Shown: positions 11,813-22,579 of the stretch, in pieces
Layout of the letters: each line of letters begins with the position of its first letter
Numbering within the stretch: the first letter of the stretch is position 1
DNA from: Octopus sinensis
Taxonomy: Eukaryota
NCBI RefSeq assembly: GCF_006345805.1
Contig: NC_043009.1
Span: forward strand, 7,130,001 to 7,194,000
Length of the DNA stretch: 64,000 nucleotides
Reading direction: 5' to 3'
Made by a program: the position numbers and the translations under genes
Notes under the pieces: generated by a model
The model's database searches: none
What the model was told of the DNA's origin: nothing
What the model saw: only the letters and a program-made list of their open reading frames with translations

Positions 11813-12262
11813 CTACGTGGGATCCCGCTTTCTACAGTTAATGGAGTGATTGTACAATTCGCCAGAGAAGGGAAGTAATCCACATTACCTTGTTCAGATC
11901 GACCAGGGCCCTCTGACAGGACCCTTCGCTTTGTTAAGAGATGTGTGTAGATTAATCCTCGTTGCAATGCCTCTGACATTGCAGAACAAATTGATATTAT
12001 TACCAGAAAAGCTCTCAGGTATTTCCACAAAATTGACTACTATGGTAAAGCAGCAAGAAGGAAGCTATTTCTTCAATAAGCCAATATGAAGCGGAGAAGA
12101 AAGTGGGCCAGTGAGATGATGGAGAGACCACTAGCATTTTGGGACCCTCTCGTATTCTCTTATGAGTTCAGATTTGCTGTATTTTCTGACAGTTGCCGCG
12201 TGTGGGTCTGGAGACACTGTGGTCAAGAATTTGATGTGAATTGATTGCAGCCAACAATGAAA
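11813..12262 (+). mobile_element. Tc1-family transposase fragment (HTH region to first catalytic D region), pseudogenised
   Basis: One frame with 4 stops: STVNGVIVQFAREGK*STLPCSDRPGPSDRTLRFVKRCV*INPRCNASDIAEQ...YYGKAARRKLFLQ*ANMKRRRKWASEMMERPLAFWDPLVFSYEFRFAVFSDSCRVWVWR...LQPTMK. FSYE corresponds to the mutated FSDE motif. Confidence 0.9.
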
Positions 12263-12719
12263 ATAGTTTTTTCGTACTTTGGGATTTAACTCCCATTTCT
12301 AGCGTACTGTATAACTTTTATACACACATATAATATATTTTTGTATGTATGAATATATATTACACTGTCGTGTTTTGTATATTGTTATGTATATATTCAA
12401 TTTCTTATTCAGACAAATATGCTTTCAACTTATATAAAACCACCTCACATGTTTCAAACGTTAGCTATTAATCTTAACTATTAATTAACAAATAGTTTTA
12501 ATCTAAGTTCATTAATATTTAATTGACTATGTAGCTATCTGGTTTTTAATTATCACGGCCAATTGCTGTAATTGAAATCAAGTTTATTTACTATTGATCA
12601 CGAATCGGATACATTATGTTCGTGTTGTTATTGCTGTCTTTGTTTTGTAACTTTGGATTATATATCTCCTTGTGCAGCTGACCTTAGCTCAAATCCGTTC
12701 CTGTCGTGACCATGCAGGT

Positions 12720-13080
12720 TTATTTCCATAGATTGTATAACTAGAAACATAGGAGGAATTACAACCGTGTTTCGTAGTCTGCTACCACAACAGCTCCTTT
12801 ATAGGATCCAGTTAGCTCAAGACATCATCAGGAGGAAGCACGTCCGGTTTCGGGCCCTACTCCTCTACCGTTTTGACGTGCCCCCCCCTTTTTGGAGATG
12901 TCTTCAGCTCTGGTGTTGGGTGCATGTCTTCTTTCTTGTTCTTTCTTCTGTTCCCTGGCCTCGTCGATGTATCGTCAGCGAGTGTCAGCCGGTGACTGAC
13001 TGACATGTCAATTCTTCACTTTAAATACTTGCCGCTAGGCTCCAGCAGGCAGCCCCAGCAAGTTGTCACGTGACGGCAAT
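12720..13080 (-). mobile_element. Possible PLE pseudo-LTR relic
   Basis: Minus strand shows a TATA-like tatttaaag and Inr-like tcagtc, followed by CTGAAGA...GAAA and CTGATGA...GAAA motifs with poor stems. Confidence 0.3.
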
Positions 13081-13544
13081 GTGTCCTCTGTTGTTTAAAA
13101 TACAATAGTACAATTTCGGTGAAATTTGGCCGATTAGATGATTTTACATTGTATCGTATTTTGAATAGAGTTCTATAGTAGTTCTAAACAATGGATAAAG
13201 GGTGACCGAATCGCTTGCTAATTTTAAGATCCATCTTTCCATGCATACCAGTCAAAATCTTTGGCAATTTTGCGTGACATGTTCTAAAGTTTGTAGATGA
13301 CCAATAATATCGCTTTCTCTATTTTTGTACACACACACACACACAAACACGCACACACGCACGCACACACATACACACGCACACATACCCGCTCTCTTTT
13401 TTCTCACGCGCAAACATGTATATGTGTGTAGATATCTGCGTATATATATGTGTGTGCGTATTTTCAAATGGCACTATTTTGTGCGCACATTGAGTTAAGT
13501 TCCACACTAAGCAATATAATGGGGTCTACATTTTGTCGGGGGTA

Positions 13545-13689
13545 CTATGTAGTCTAGGACTTATTCTAACGGGCTCTGTGTTGCCGAACCGCTAAGTTAC
13601 GGGGATGTAAACACACCAGCATCGGTTGTCAAACGATGTCGGAGGTGGGGGGGAAACATATACACACTAATGCATATATATATATATAT

Positions 13690-13721
<32 letters not shown>

Positions 13722-14102
13722 GCATATATATATATATGCATATATATATATGTGTTCGACCTCGAACACACAAGTGCAAACAAGGGAGACAGAGAAAGGC
13801 AGAATGCCACTTATATTTGAACACTATACAAATATTCCTTTAAAAAAACTTTTCTTTTAATTTTTCCAAATTTAATTATTTAATCGTTACAGTTGAAAAG
13901 GTCTCAAAATGACCGAAACCGGTACTGAAATGTTCTTTATAAAATTATTTTAGCATTTTCTATTTTGACTTGTTTTTTCATATATATATATATACAACTA
14001 ATGTAGGATAAAAAATTTTTTCGAAAATCATTTTATCAATGGCCAGCATATCCCAAAATACCTTTAAAGGTTAAATTTTAAAATTTGCTCTTATTTTATA
14101 AG

Positions 14103-14138
<36 letters not shown>

Positions 14139-14297
14139 GACGGGCTTCTTTCAGTTTCTGTCTACCAAATCTACTCACAAGGCTTTGGTCGGTCCAAGGT
14201 TATAGTAGAAGACACTTGAGCAAGGTGCCACGCAGTGGGACTGAACCCGGAACCATGTGGTTGCTAAGCAAGCTACTTACCACACAGCAACTCCTAC
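13545..14297 (-). mobile_element. SINE-B split at its central microsatellite by about 400 bp of inserts (13745-14105)
   Basis: Tail half at 13545-13670 and head half at 14138-14297 flank unrelated sequence containing a hammerhead-like motif. Confidence 0.85.
13887..13930 (+). ncRNA. Minimal type-I hammerhead ribozyme motif with U3:A8 core variant (PLE-type)
   Basis: ttacag-TTGAAAA-ggtc(tcaaaat)gacc-GAAA-CCGG-TA-ctgaaa: 4-bp stem II, palindromic stem III ACCGGT, GUA triplet, stem I cag/ctg. Confidence 0.55.
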
Positions 14298-15169
14298 ATA
14301 TAATATTAAGTATTTGCAACAAAAACACAACAGGTGACAATTATTCAGTTATTTTTCTTTTATCGGGGTGGAGGGAGGCATTGCTCACAACTCATTTTAA
14401 AGCCTCCAAACCTCGTCGTACGAAACTGCTGAAGTGTTCTCCAGTCAAGGAATTGACCCGAATGTTTTTAATACAGTGGTTTTCATTGAGAACATCAAAG
14501 GTGCCAATTAGCAATGTTAAACCCGGGGACGTGTAACGTTCAAAATTCAAGTAGTTCATAAAGAAATTTGAACTCGGAATGCATAGAACCTCAGCATATA
14601 CCACAAGCCATCTGTTCCAATGTTCTTAAGAGACCTTCTAATCCACCACCTAAATGGAATTTGGTCTATTTATCGAGATCCCGAAAGGATGGAGGTTAAA
14701 GCTGACCTAACCGAGATTTGAGCTATGAATATAAAGAGGAATCCTTCTTCTGCTCTTACGGTTTTGGTTAATATTTTTAGCCGTAACATTACATATTTAA
14801 ACAATTGATCATACAGAAAATGCATTCGTTTGCATGAAATAAATATTTAAAAAAAGCCAAATATTAAAACACAAATTGCTTACTGACGCATGTTCTTAAG
14901 TGAAAGGAAAATTAATTTAAGAAAAAAATTATCTTTTTTCTGCTGTGCGTAACTTAGACGCAATTCTTTCTATAAAGTTATCTACAATTTTCTATATTTC
15001 CTGGTGCCTCAATAGCGGCGACCAATTTTGATAACGTCACTTCAATCATTGACGTCAGCGCTTTTGATATTAGAGAACTAAATGAATATTTATTTTATCA
15101 CCGCGTCAATCGGAACTGCAGTCAACGCATTCTATTCCTCATCATGTGTTAGTTAATATTCTTTTCTAC

Positions 15170-15610
15170 TGTAGGCGCAAAACCTGAAATTTTAGGGGAA
15201 AATTTAAAACATCAACCCCAGTGCGTCACTGGTATTTATTTATTAAGGTGGCGAGCTGGCAGAAACGTTAGCACGCCGGTCAAATGCGTAGTCGTATTTC
15301 GTCTGCCGTTACGTTCTGAGTTCAAATTCCGCCAAGGTCGACTTTGCCTTTCATCCTGTCGGGGTCGATTAAATAAGTACCAGTTACGCAATGGGGTCGA
15401 TATAATCGACTTAATCCGTGTCTGTCCTTGTTTGTCCTCTCAGTGTTTAGCCCCTTGTGGGTAGTAAAGAAATAGGTATTTATTTCATCGACCTCGAAAG
15501 GGTGAAAGGAAAAGGCGACATCGCCAGAATTTGACCTCAGAACGTAAAGACGGACGATATTCTTAGAAGTGTTTTACGCGGCATCCTAACAATTCTGTCG
15601 GCTTGCCTGT
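15170..15610. mobile_element. Young + strand SINE-A (15245-15480) inserted into an older - strand SINE-A
   Basis: Host halves lie at about 15170-15244 and 15481-15610. Direct repeat ggtatttattt at 15231-15241 and 15475-15485. Confidence 0.8.
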
Positions 15611-15639
15611 TTTATCCAAGTTAATATTGATTTAAAATT

Positions 15640-15839
15640 TTGGCACAAGGCCAGCAATTTCGATGGGTGGGGGTAAGTCCATTACATTGATCCCAGTGTT
15701 CAACTAGTTCCTTTTTATTGACCTCGAAATGATGCAAAACCTCGGCGAAATTGGAACTGGTGTAGATCTAATCGACTGCACCCTCCCAAAAAATTTTCGG
15801 GACTTGTGTCTAAAGTAGAAAAGATTATTATTATTATTA

Positions 15840-15879
<40 letters not shown>

Positions 15880-15886
15880 GTCGTTG

Positions 15887-15945
<59 letters not shown>

Positions 15946-16017
15946 GTTGTTGTTGTTGTTGTTGTTGTTGTCGTTGTTGTTTTTGTTGTTATTGTTGTTG
16001 TCGTTGTTGTTGTTATT
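15640..16017 (+). repeat. SINE-A 3' fragment followed by expanded (ATT)n/(GTT)n tail (15826-16017)
   Basis: ...gacttgtgtctaaagtagaaaagatt runs directly into (att)n. Confidence 0.85.
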
Positions 16018-16317
16018 AAAATATTCAACTCATTTTTGTTTCGCGTTTGAAAGCACATTGTATTCAAACTTTACGAAATGAAATTTATTTTAAAGAATAT
16101 ATAAGAACAATTGCCTAAGGAAAGCCAACCTTTGGTACCTGGAGGTAGCTAGATGAAAAAAGAAAAGAGGCTTATTTTACAAACTAAAAATTTACAAACT
16201 ATATTTTATTATCACGTTATTATAAAACGGCTCCCACACATGATTATGCTACACGACAAAAGACTCCAAACCCAAGAGAAAAGACACAATATGGAAACAC
16301 AGCTAAATTAATACTTT

Positions 16318-16535
16318 TTAAACTCTTTTACTCTTTTAATTGTTTCAGTCATTTGACTGCGGCCATGCTGGAGCACCGCCTTTAGTCGAACATATCGACT
16401 CTAGGATTTATTCTTTGGAAGCCTAGTACTTTTTTATCGGTCTCTTTTGCCGAACCGCTAAGTTACGGGGACGTAAAAACACCAGCATCGGTTGTCAAGC
16501 GATGTTGGGGAACAAACACAGACACACAAACATAT

Positions 16536-16579
<44 letters not shown>

Positions 16580-16760
16580 TATATATATACATATATACGA
16601 CGGGCTTCTTTCAGTTTCCGTCTACCAAATCCACTCACAAGACTTTAGTCGGCCCGAGTCTATAGTAGAAGTAACTTGCCCAAGGTGCCACGCAGTGAGA
16701 ATTAACCTGGAACCATGTGGTTCGTAAGCAGTCTACTTACCAAACAGCCACTCCTGCGCC
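16318..16760 (-). mobile_element. SINE-B, full length
   Basis: Homologous to 5551-5968 from tail to head. Confidence 0.9.
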
Positions 16761-17381
16761 TATATACTTAAGATCTTTAGGAATAGTTCCCAATGCACCT
16801 ATAACTTGCGAACCACATGGTTCCGGGTTCATTCGCACTGCTTGTCAACTTGGGCAGGCGTCTTGTACTATAGCCTCGGGCCGACCATACAGCCACTCCT
16901 GCGCCTATATACTTCAAGTAATTTACAAAATGTTTTGTAGACAACAGCGATAGCACAACAATAGCACTTGTGATCAAAATGTTTTATGATTCCAAATACT
17001 GATGTCCATTTATAGCAACTGGGCAAAAGAAAACTTTCTTTAAATACAAAAGGACGAAGGGAAGTTTTAAGACTATAGATGTTATCAGAAAAGAAAATTG
17101 GACGGGTTTATTTTATAACATTGAAACGGATTTCATTGCCACAGGATATAAATACAGAAATCAAAGAATAAAATTACGTTCCAATGAGTAAGAGAAAACG
17201 TAGCCAAAAGATAGCAAGAACTTTTTTCCCCCGAGTCATTGAGGACAACAGATTCTGCAGGGCACTCTGAAAGAATGTATGTCTGTTATAATATGTAAAC
17301 GCAATGGAATTATTTGCCGAAACTTAAAAATTGAAAACACAACCAAATTACTGGTTTCTGGATAAGATTCATTTTAATTTT

Positions 17382-17790
17382 AAGGCGATGAGCTGGCAGA
17401 AACGTTAGCACGCCGGGCGAAATGCTCAGCGGTATTTCACCTGCCGTTATGTTCTGAGTTCAAATTCCGCCGAGGTCGGCTTTGCCTTTCATCCTTTCGG
17501 GGTCGATTAAATAAGTACCAATTGCACACTGGGGTCGATACAATCGACTTAATCCGTTTGTCTGTCCTTGTTCGTCCTCTCTGTGTTTAGCCCCTTGTGG
17601 GTAGTAAAGAAATAGGTATTTCGTCTGTCTTTACATTCTGAGTTCAAATTCTGCCGAGGTCGACTTTACCTTTCATCCTCTCGGGGTCGATAAACTAAGT
17701 ACCAATTGCGTACTGGGGCCGATCTAATCGATCGCCCCACCACTCCACTCCACAAAAATTTCGGGCCTTGTTCCTAGAGTAGAAAAGATT
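17382..17790 (+). mobile_element. Dimeric SINE-A (copy in duplication unit 1)
   Basis: Full monomer plus a second monomer joined at aaataggtatttcg. Confidence 0.9.
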
Positions 17791-17864
17791 TATTTTAATT
17801 TTTATACCTTTCATTTACAACTGCCCATTAATTTTTTGCTCACTTTACCTAGGGCAACAACAAT

Positions 17865-18206
17865 TAGTGTAACAGGACTTATTCTTTGTAAGCCTAGTAC
17901 TTATTCTATCGGTGTCTTTTGCCGAACCGCTAAGTTACAGGGACGTAAACACACCAGCGTCGGTTGTCAAGCGATGTTGGGAGGACAAACACAGACACAC
18001 AAACACACACATAATATATATATATTTATATATATACATATATACGACGGACTTCTTTCAGTTTCCGTCTACCAATCCACTCACAAGACTTTAGTCGGCC
18101 CGAGTCTATAGTAGAAGTAACTTGCCCAAGGTGCCACGCAGTGAGAATTAACCTGGAACCATGTGGTTCGTAAGCAGTCTACTTACCAAACAGCCACTCC
18201 TGCGCC
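17865..18206 (-). mobile_element. Chimeric SINE-B at the duplication junction
   Basis: Left part is identical to the 19311 copy (ggActtc variant). Right part is identical to the 16318 copy (gactttagtc, gtaacttgcc, gagaattaacctgg variants). Confidence 0.85.
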
Positions 18207-18827
18207 TATATACTTAAGATCTTTAGGAATAGTTCCCAATGCACCTATAACTTGCGAACCACATGGTTCCGGGTTCATTCGCACTGCTTGTCAACTTGGG
18301 CAGGCGTCTTGTACTATAGCCTCGGGCCGACCATACAGCCACTCCTGCGCCTATATACTTCAAGTAATTTACAAAATGTTTTGTAGACAACAGCGATAGC
18401 ACAACAATAGCACTTGTGATTCAAAATGTTTTATGATTCCAAATACTGATGTCCATTTATAGCAACTGGGCAAAAGAAAACTTTCTTTAAATACAAAAGG
18501 ACGAAGGGAAGTTTTAAGACTATAGATGTTATCAGAAAAGAAAATTGGACGGGTTTATTTTATAACATTGAAACGGATTTCATTGCCACAGGATATAAAT
18601 ACAGAAATCAAAGAATAAAATTACGTTCCAATGAGTAAGAGAAAACGTAGCCAAAAGATAGCAAGAACTTTTTTCCCCCGAGTCATTGAGGACAACAGAT
18701 TCTGCAGGGCACTCTGAAAGAATGTATGTCTGTTATAATATGTAAACGCAATGGAATTATTTGCCGAAACTTAAAAATTGAAAACACAACCAAATTACTG
18801 GTTTCTGGATAGATTCATTTTAATTTT

Positions 18828-19236
18828 AAGGCGATGAGCTGGCAGAAACGTTAGCACGCCGGGCGAAATGCTCAGCGGTATTTCACCTGCCGTTATGTTC
18901 TGAGTTCAAATTCCGCCGAGGTCGGCTTTGCCTTTCATCCTTTCGGGGTCGATTAAATAAGTACCAATTGCACACTGGGGTCGATACAATCGACTTAATC
19001 CGTTTGTCTGTCCTTGTTCGTCCTCTCTGTGTTTAGCCCCTTGTGGGTAGTAAAGAAATAGGTATTTCGTCTGTCTTTACATTCTGAGTTCAAATTCTGC
19101 CGAGGTCGACTTTACCTTTCATCCTCTCGGGGTCGATAAACTAAGTACCAATTGCGTACTGGGGCCGATCTAATCGATCGCCCCACCACTCCACTCCACA
19201 AAAATTTCGGGCCTTGTTCCTAGAGTAGAAAAGATT
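18828..19236 (+). mobile_element. Dimeric SINE-A (copy in duplication unit 2)
   Basis: Duplicate of 17382-17790. Confidence 0.9.
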
Positions 19237-19310
19237 TATTTTAATTTTTATACCTTTCATTTACAACTGCCCATTAATTTTTTGCTCACTTTACCTAGGG
19301 CAACAACAAT

Positions 19311-19570
19311 TAGTGTAACAGGACTTATTCTTTGTAAGCCTAGTACTTATTCTATCGGTGTCTTTTGCCGAACCGCTAAGTTACAGGGACGTAAACACAC
19401 CAGCGTCGGTTGTCAAGCGATGTTGGGAGGACAAACACAGACACACAAACACACACATAATATATATATATTTATATATATACATATATACGACGGACTT
19501 CTTTCAGTTTCCGTCTACCAAATCTACTCACAAGGCATTGATCGGCCCGGGGCTATAGTAAAAGACACTT
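19311..19570 (-). mobile_element. Truncated SINE-B
   Basis: SINE-B internal motifs; the head is missing after gacactt. Confidence 0.85.
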
Positions 19571-19685
19571 AACCATAATTGTTATTGTGGTCCCTTTTAC
19601 TTATAATTTTAGCACTAAAACTACAACTAGTACTATAGCATTCACCATTATTATTATCACTATTATTATTGATATTATTTATTTT

Positions 19686-19687
<2 letters not shown>

Positions 19688-19748
<61 letters not shown>

Positions 19749-19755
19749 TACTACT
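19688..19755. repeat. (ACT)n microsatellite
   Basis: Directly visible. Confidence 0.95.
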
Positions 19756-21493
19756 GTTATTGATTTGAATTTGTTTTATCCATTCCCTAATTACACCGTT
19801 CCCATCCCACGATGCTACCCACTCCACAACAAACACCACTCCCCAACGCTCCCTCACGTCTAACTAAACGTTCCTGGCGGAAACCCTACCAAAGCCGATA
19901 TTACGCAATAAAATTTGAAAAACACGATTCTATCTCGTCCAAAAGAAGCCATTGCAAAGACAATATCCATGCGAACACTTTGCAAACTGATTGGATTGCC
20001 ACAAAAAGAACGTGTCCAATCATATGCTTTCCCAGTGTGATGGAAACAAATGAATTTTCAAGAAGAAAATTTCATTTTTCAGTTTGAAAATAATTGTGTT
20101 TATTGATATTAGATTGCGACAATAAGGATGCAGTTGTAATTACTTCTACGTGCACAACTGCTGTTAATTTCTTCCTCTGACTCTTTTAAAGACACAAGAA
20201 AACGTTGCATTAATTACTTACTCTTCTAAGTTTGCTTTGTGCATTGATTTTCATGATACTTGTTTAAATTTGTAAGCCTTCAGGTCTTCTGCAAGAAGGG
20301 ACTAGAAATTATCATATAAAGGTGTATAAAACCCACACGCTTGCACGCATGCCTGTGCCTTCCTCTGCTCCCTCTTACCTCGTTGCCTTCTCTTCTCCTC
20401 ATTACCACACACACATCCACCCCTCTTTCTCTCCCTCTCTCTTACTCTCTTCCTTACTACTTCTCTATCTCATTCTCCCTTCTCGTCTTTTCTCACTTTT
20501 GATCTATCTATTTATCTATCTGTCTATTTACATAGATATATGTATATCTATATAAATATATATATGTGTGTGTGTATGTGTGTGTTTATGTGTATGTCTA
20601 TATACAAACAAATCTGGTGTATACATACTATTTCAACGTAGAGTCACACTGACGCGCAAATATATATAAACACACACACACACACATATATATATGAATA
20701 CGCACGCCCATATTTACATACACACACATACGCTCAAACATACACACACAAACACATACGCGCAAAACACATACATGTGAAGGAGTATGCCTAGCAACGA
20801 GATTCGCACAAAAGCTTTTTAACATATTCGGGATTTGGTAATAAGAAAGTACATTTGGGAGCTTGGGTTCTGGCATCAACAGCTTCGTATAAGAGAATAT
20901 GTATACTGTACAAGCGAAGAGTTCGATTTTGCCAGTTAGTACTACTAATCAACACGGATATGTCTTAGTCTATAGAGACATACAAAAAAATCTCTACAAA
21001 AAATCCTCTTGTAAACACAGTTATATATCGTGCTTACCGATGTAAACATTGGTAGAATCACACCTTTAGTTCATATAAGTAATATCTACCATTATATATA
21101 ATTTAAACATTGATTTTTTTTCTTACATTTCACTTCCACTATATATATCTTCTTCCAAGACTTTAGGGTTTTATTTAATTTACATATCTTTCTATACTTC
21201 TCATTTATTTGGTTACTGATTTTTTCTTTCTTTTACCCCTCCTCTTTCTATTGGCTACCTTTGACGTTATATCCGCTAAGGTTTTATTTTAAAAACTTAA
21301 TAGCGTTCAGTTCATCACTATACATATCTATCATATTCTGCTAAAATGACTTATTGACGAGTCTTATTTTTTCTTTTCCCTGAAGAGAAGATTATATTGT
21401 TTTACACCATCTTATTCCTTTGGAATAATGGCAATGATATCTTCGAAACATGTGTCGAAATTAAAAGAACTTGAATAACACCTGCGTTTAACT

Positions 21494-21536
<43 letters not shown>

Positions 21537-21574
21537 CATACATATATATACACATATATATATACACACACACA

Positions 21575-22452
21575 CACATCTTGCGATGGGTAAATTGTCG
21601 CCATTTTATATTTGTTTTCGTTGCGCATGCGCATTGTTTGCTTTTGGTTTTGTCGACTACACAGTATAGTAGGCACAGTTGGGCATCGTCTGTGGGAAAA
21701 ACAGCAGCATGACTCAATTCACTGTGCCAGAAATTTCGAAACGACATCCTATGCTAGTTGGCATTCGCGTCAGAAGCTCCAATAAAAACATTTCAGAGTG
21801 TTTGAGTGTCAATTTGTGGACGGTGCATTCTGAGCACATGTACCGAGTGTGATAAAAACCGAACATTCAGTCAACATTATCGTGTTTAGTGTGATCACTA
21901 GTGATGGCGATGTTATGACTACATTCATTTCCCCATACGGCCTCTCACTCAACATGGAGGCGTATATATCCAGTGGCTGGAGGAGGTAGTGCTGCCTGGG
22001 GTCATTAGGGTGGCTGCTGGAAAACTCTATATCTGGCAATAGGACTCTACCCCATGCCACACAAGTTGGAGAACCAAGTCATGACTGTCAGACAATTTTT
22101 GTGACTACACCACCCCTAACAGCTAGCCACCTCACTCCTTAGACTGCAACCCCCTTGATTATTACGTGTGGAGCGCACTTGAGCGAGAGACTAACAAAGC
22201 TCTTTGTAGCACCAGAGATGAACTGAATGCAAGGAGTATGGCAGCATTCACCATCTTAAACAAGGAGACCGTCCAGAAGAGTTGCAGGAGATTCCGAAGT
22301 GGTCTGTAGCAAATGTTGATTTTATCGAATGAATTTACTATTTAGTATTTCAAGATATTTTAATGTAATTTTGGTAAATAACTCTGTTAAAATGAGATGT
22401 CAGTGTTATTTTCATTTTTGTGTAATTTAGACGATACTTTATTCACCGCATC

Positions 22453-22457
<5 letters not shown>
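21575..22457 (+). mobile_element. Internally deleted maT/DD37D (Tc1/mariner) element, pseudogenised transposase
   Basis: From ATG 21709: MTQFTVPEISKRHPMLVGIRVRSSNKNISECLSVNLWTV, then a deletion, then VPSVIKTEHSVNIIVFSVITSDGDVM...WQ*DSTPCHTS...PPHSLDCNPLDYYVWSALERETNK...RRFRSGL. There are 37 residues between the second and third catalytic D. Imperfect TIRs; the 3' end is catcctg followed by TA. Confidence 0.9.
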
Positions 22458-22535
<78 letters not shown>

Positions 22536-22547
22536 AAGGTATGTAGA

Positions 22548-22579
<32 letters not shown>

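Larger units (their letters stand above)
16605..19523. repeat. Direct tandem duplication, unit about 1446 bp, near identical
   Basis: Identical ORFs at 16717/18163 and 17836/19282 (offset 1446). The only differences I found by eye are three 1-bp indels. Confidence 0.95.

Noticed and set aside
15050-15057. Perfect CRE palindrome TGACGTCA (also at 22787-22794)
   Set aside because: One or two such 8-mers are expected by chance in 64 kb, and there is no promoter context.
16255-16275. aagagaaaagacacaatatgg, resembling the 5' stem II of the 48.4-kb hammerhead
   Set aside because: The CUGA core, the complementary strand and flanking homology are all absent. It is a short purine-rich match.
16717-19572. 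Pairs of identical ORFs suggesting duplicated genes
   Set aside because: They translate SINE-B sequence inside the tandem duplication.
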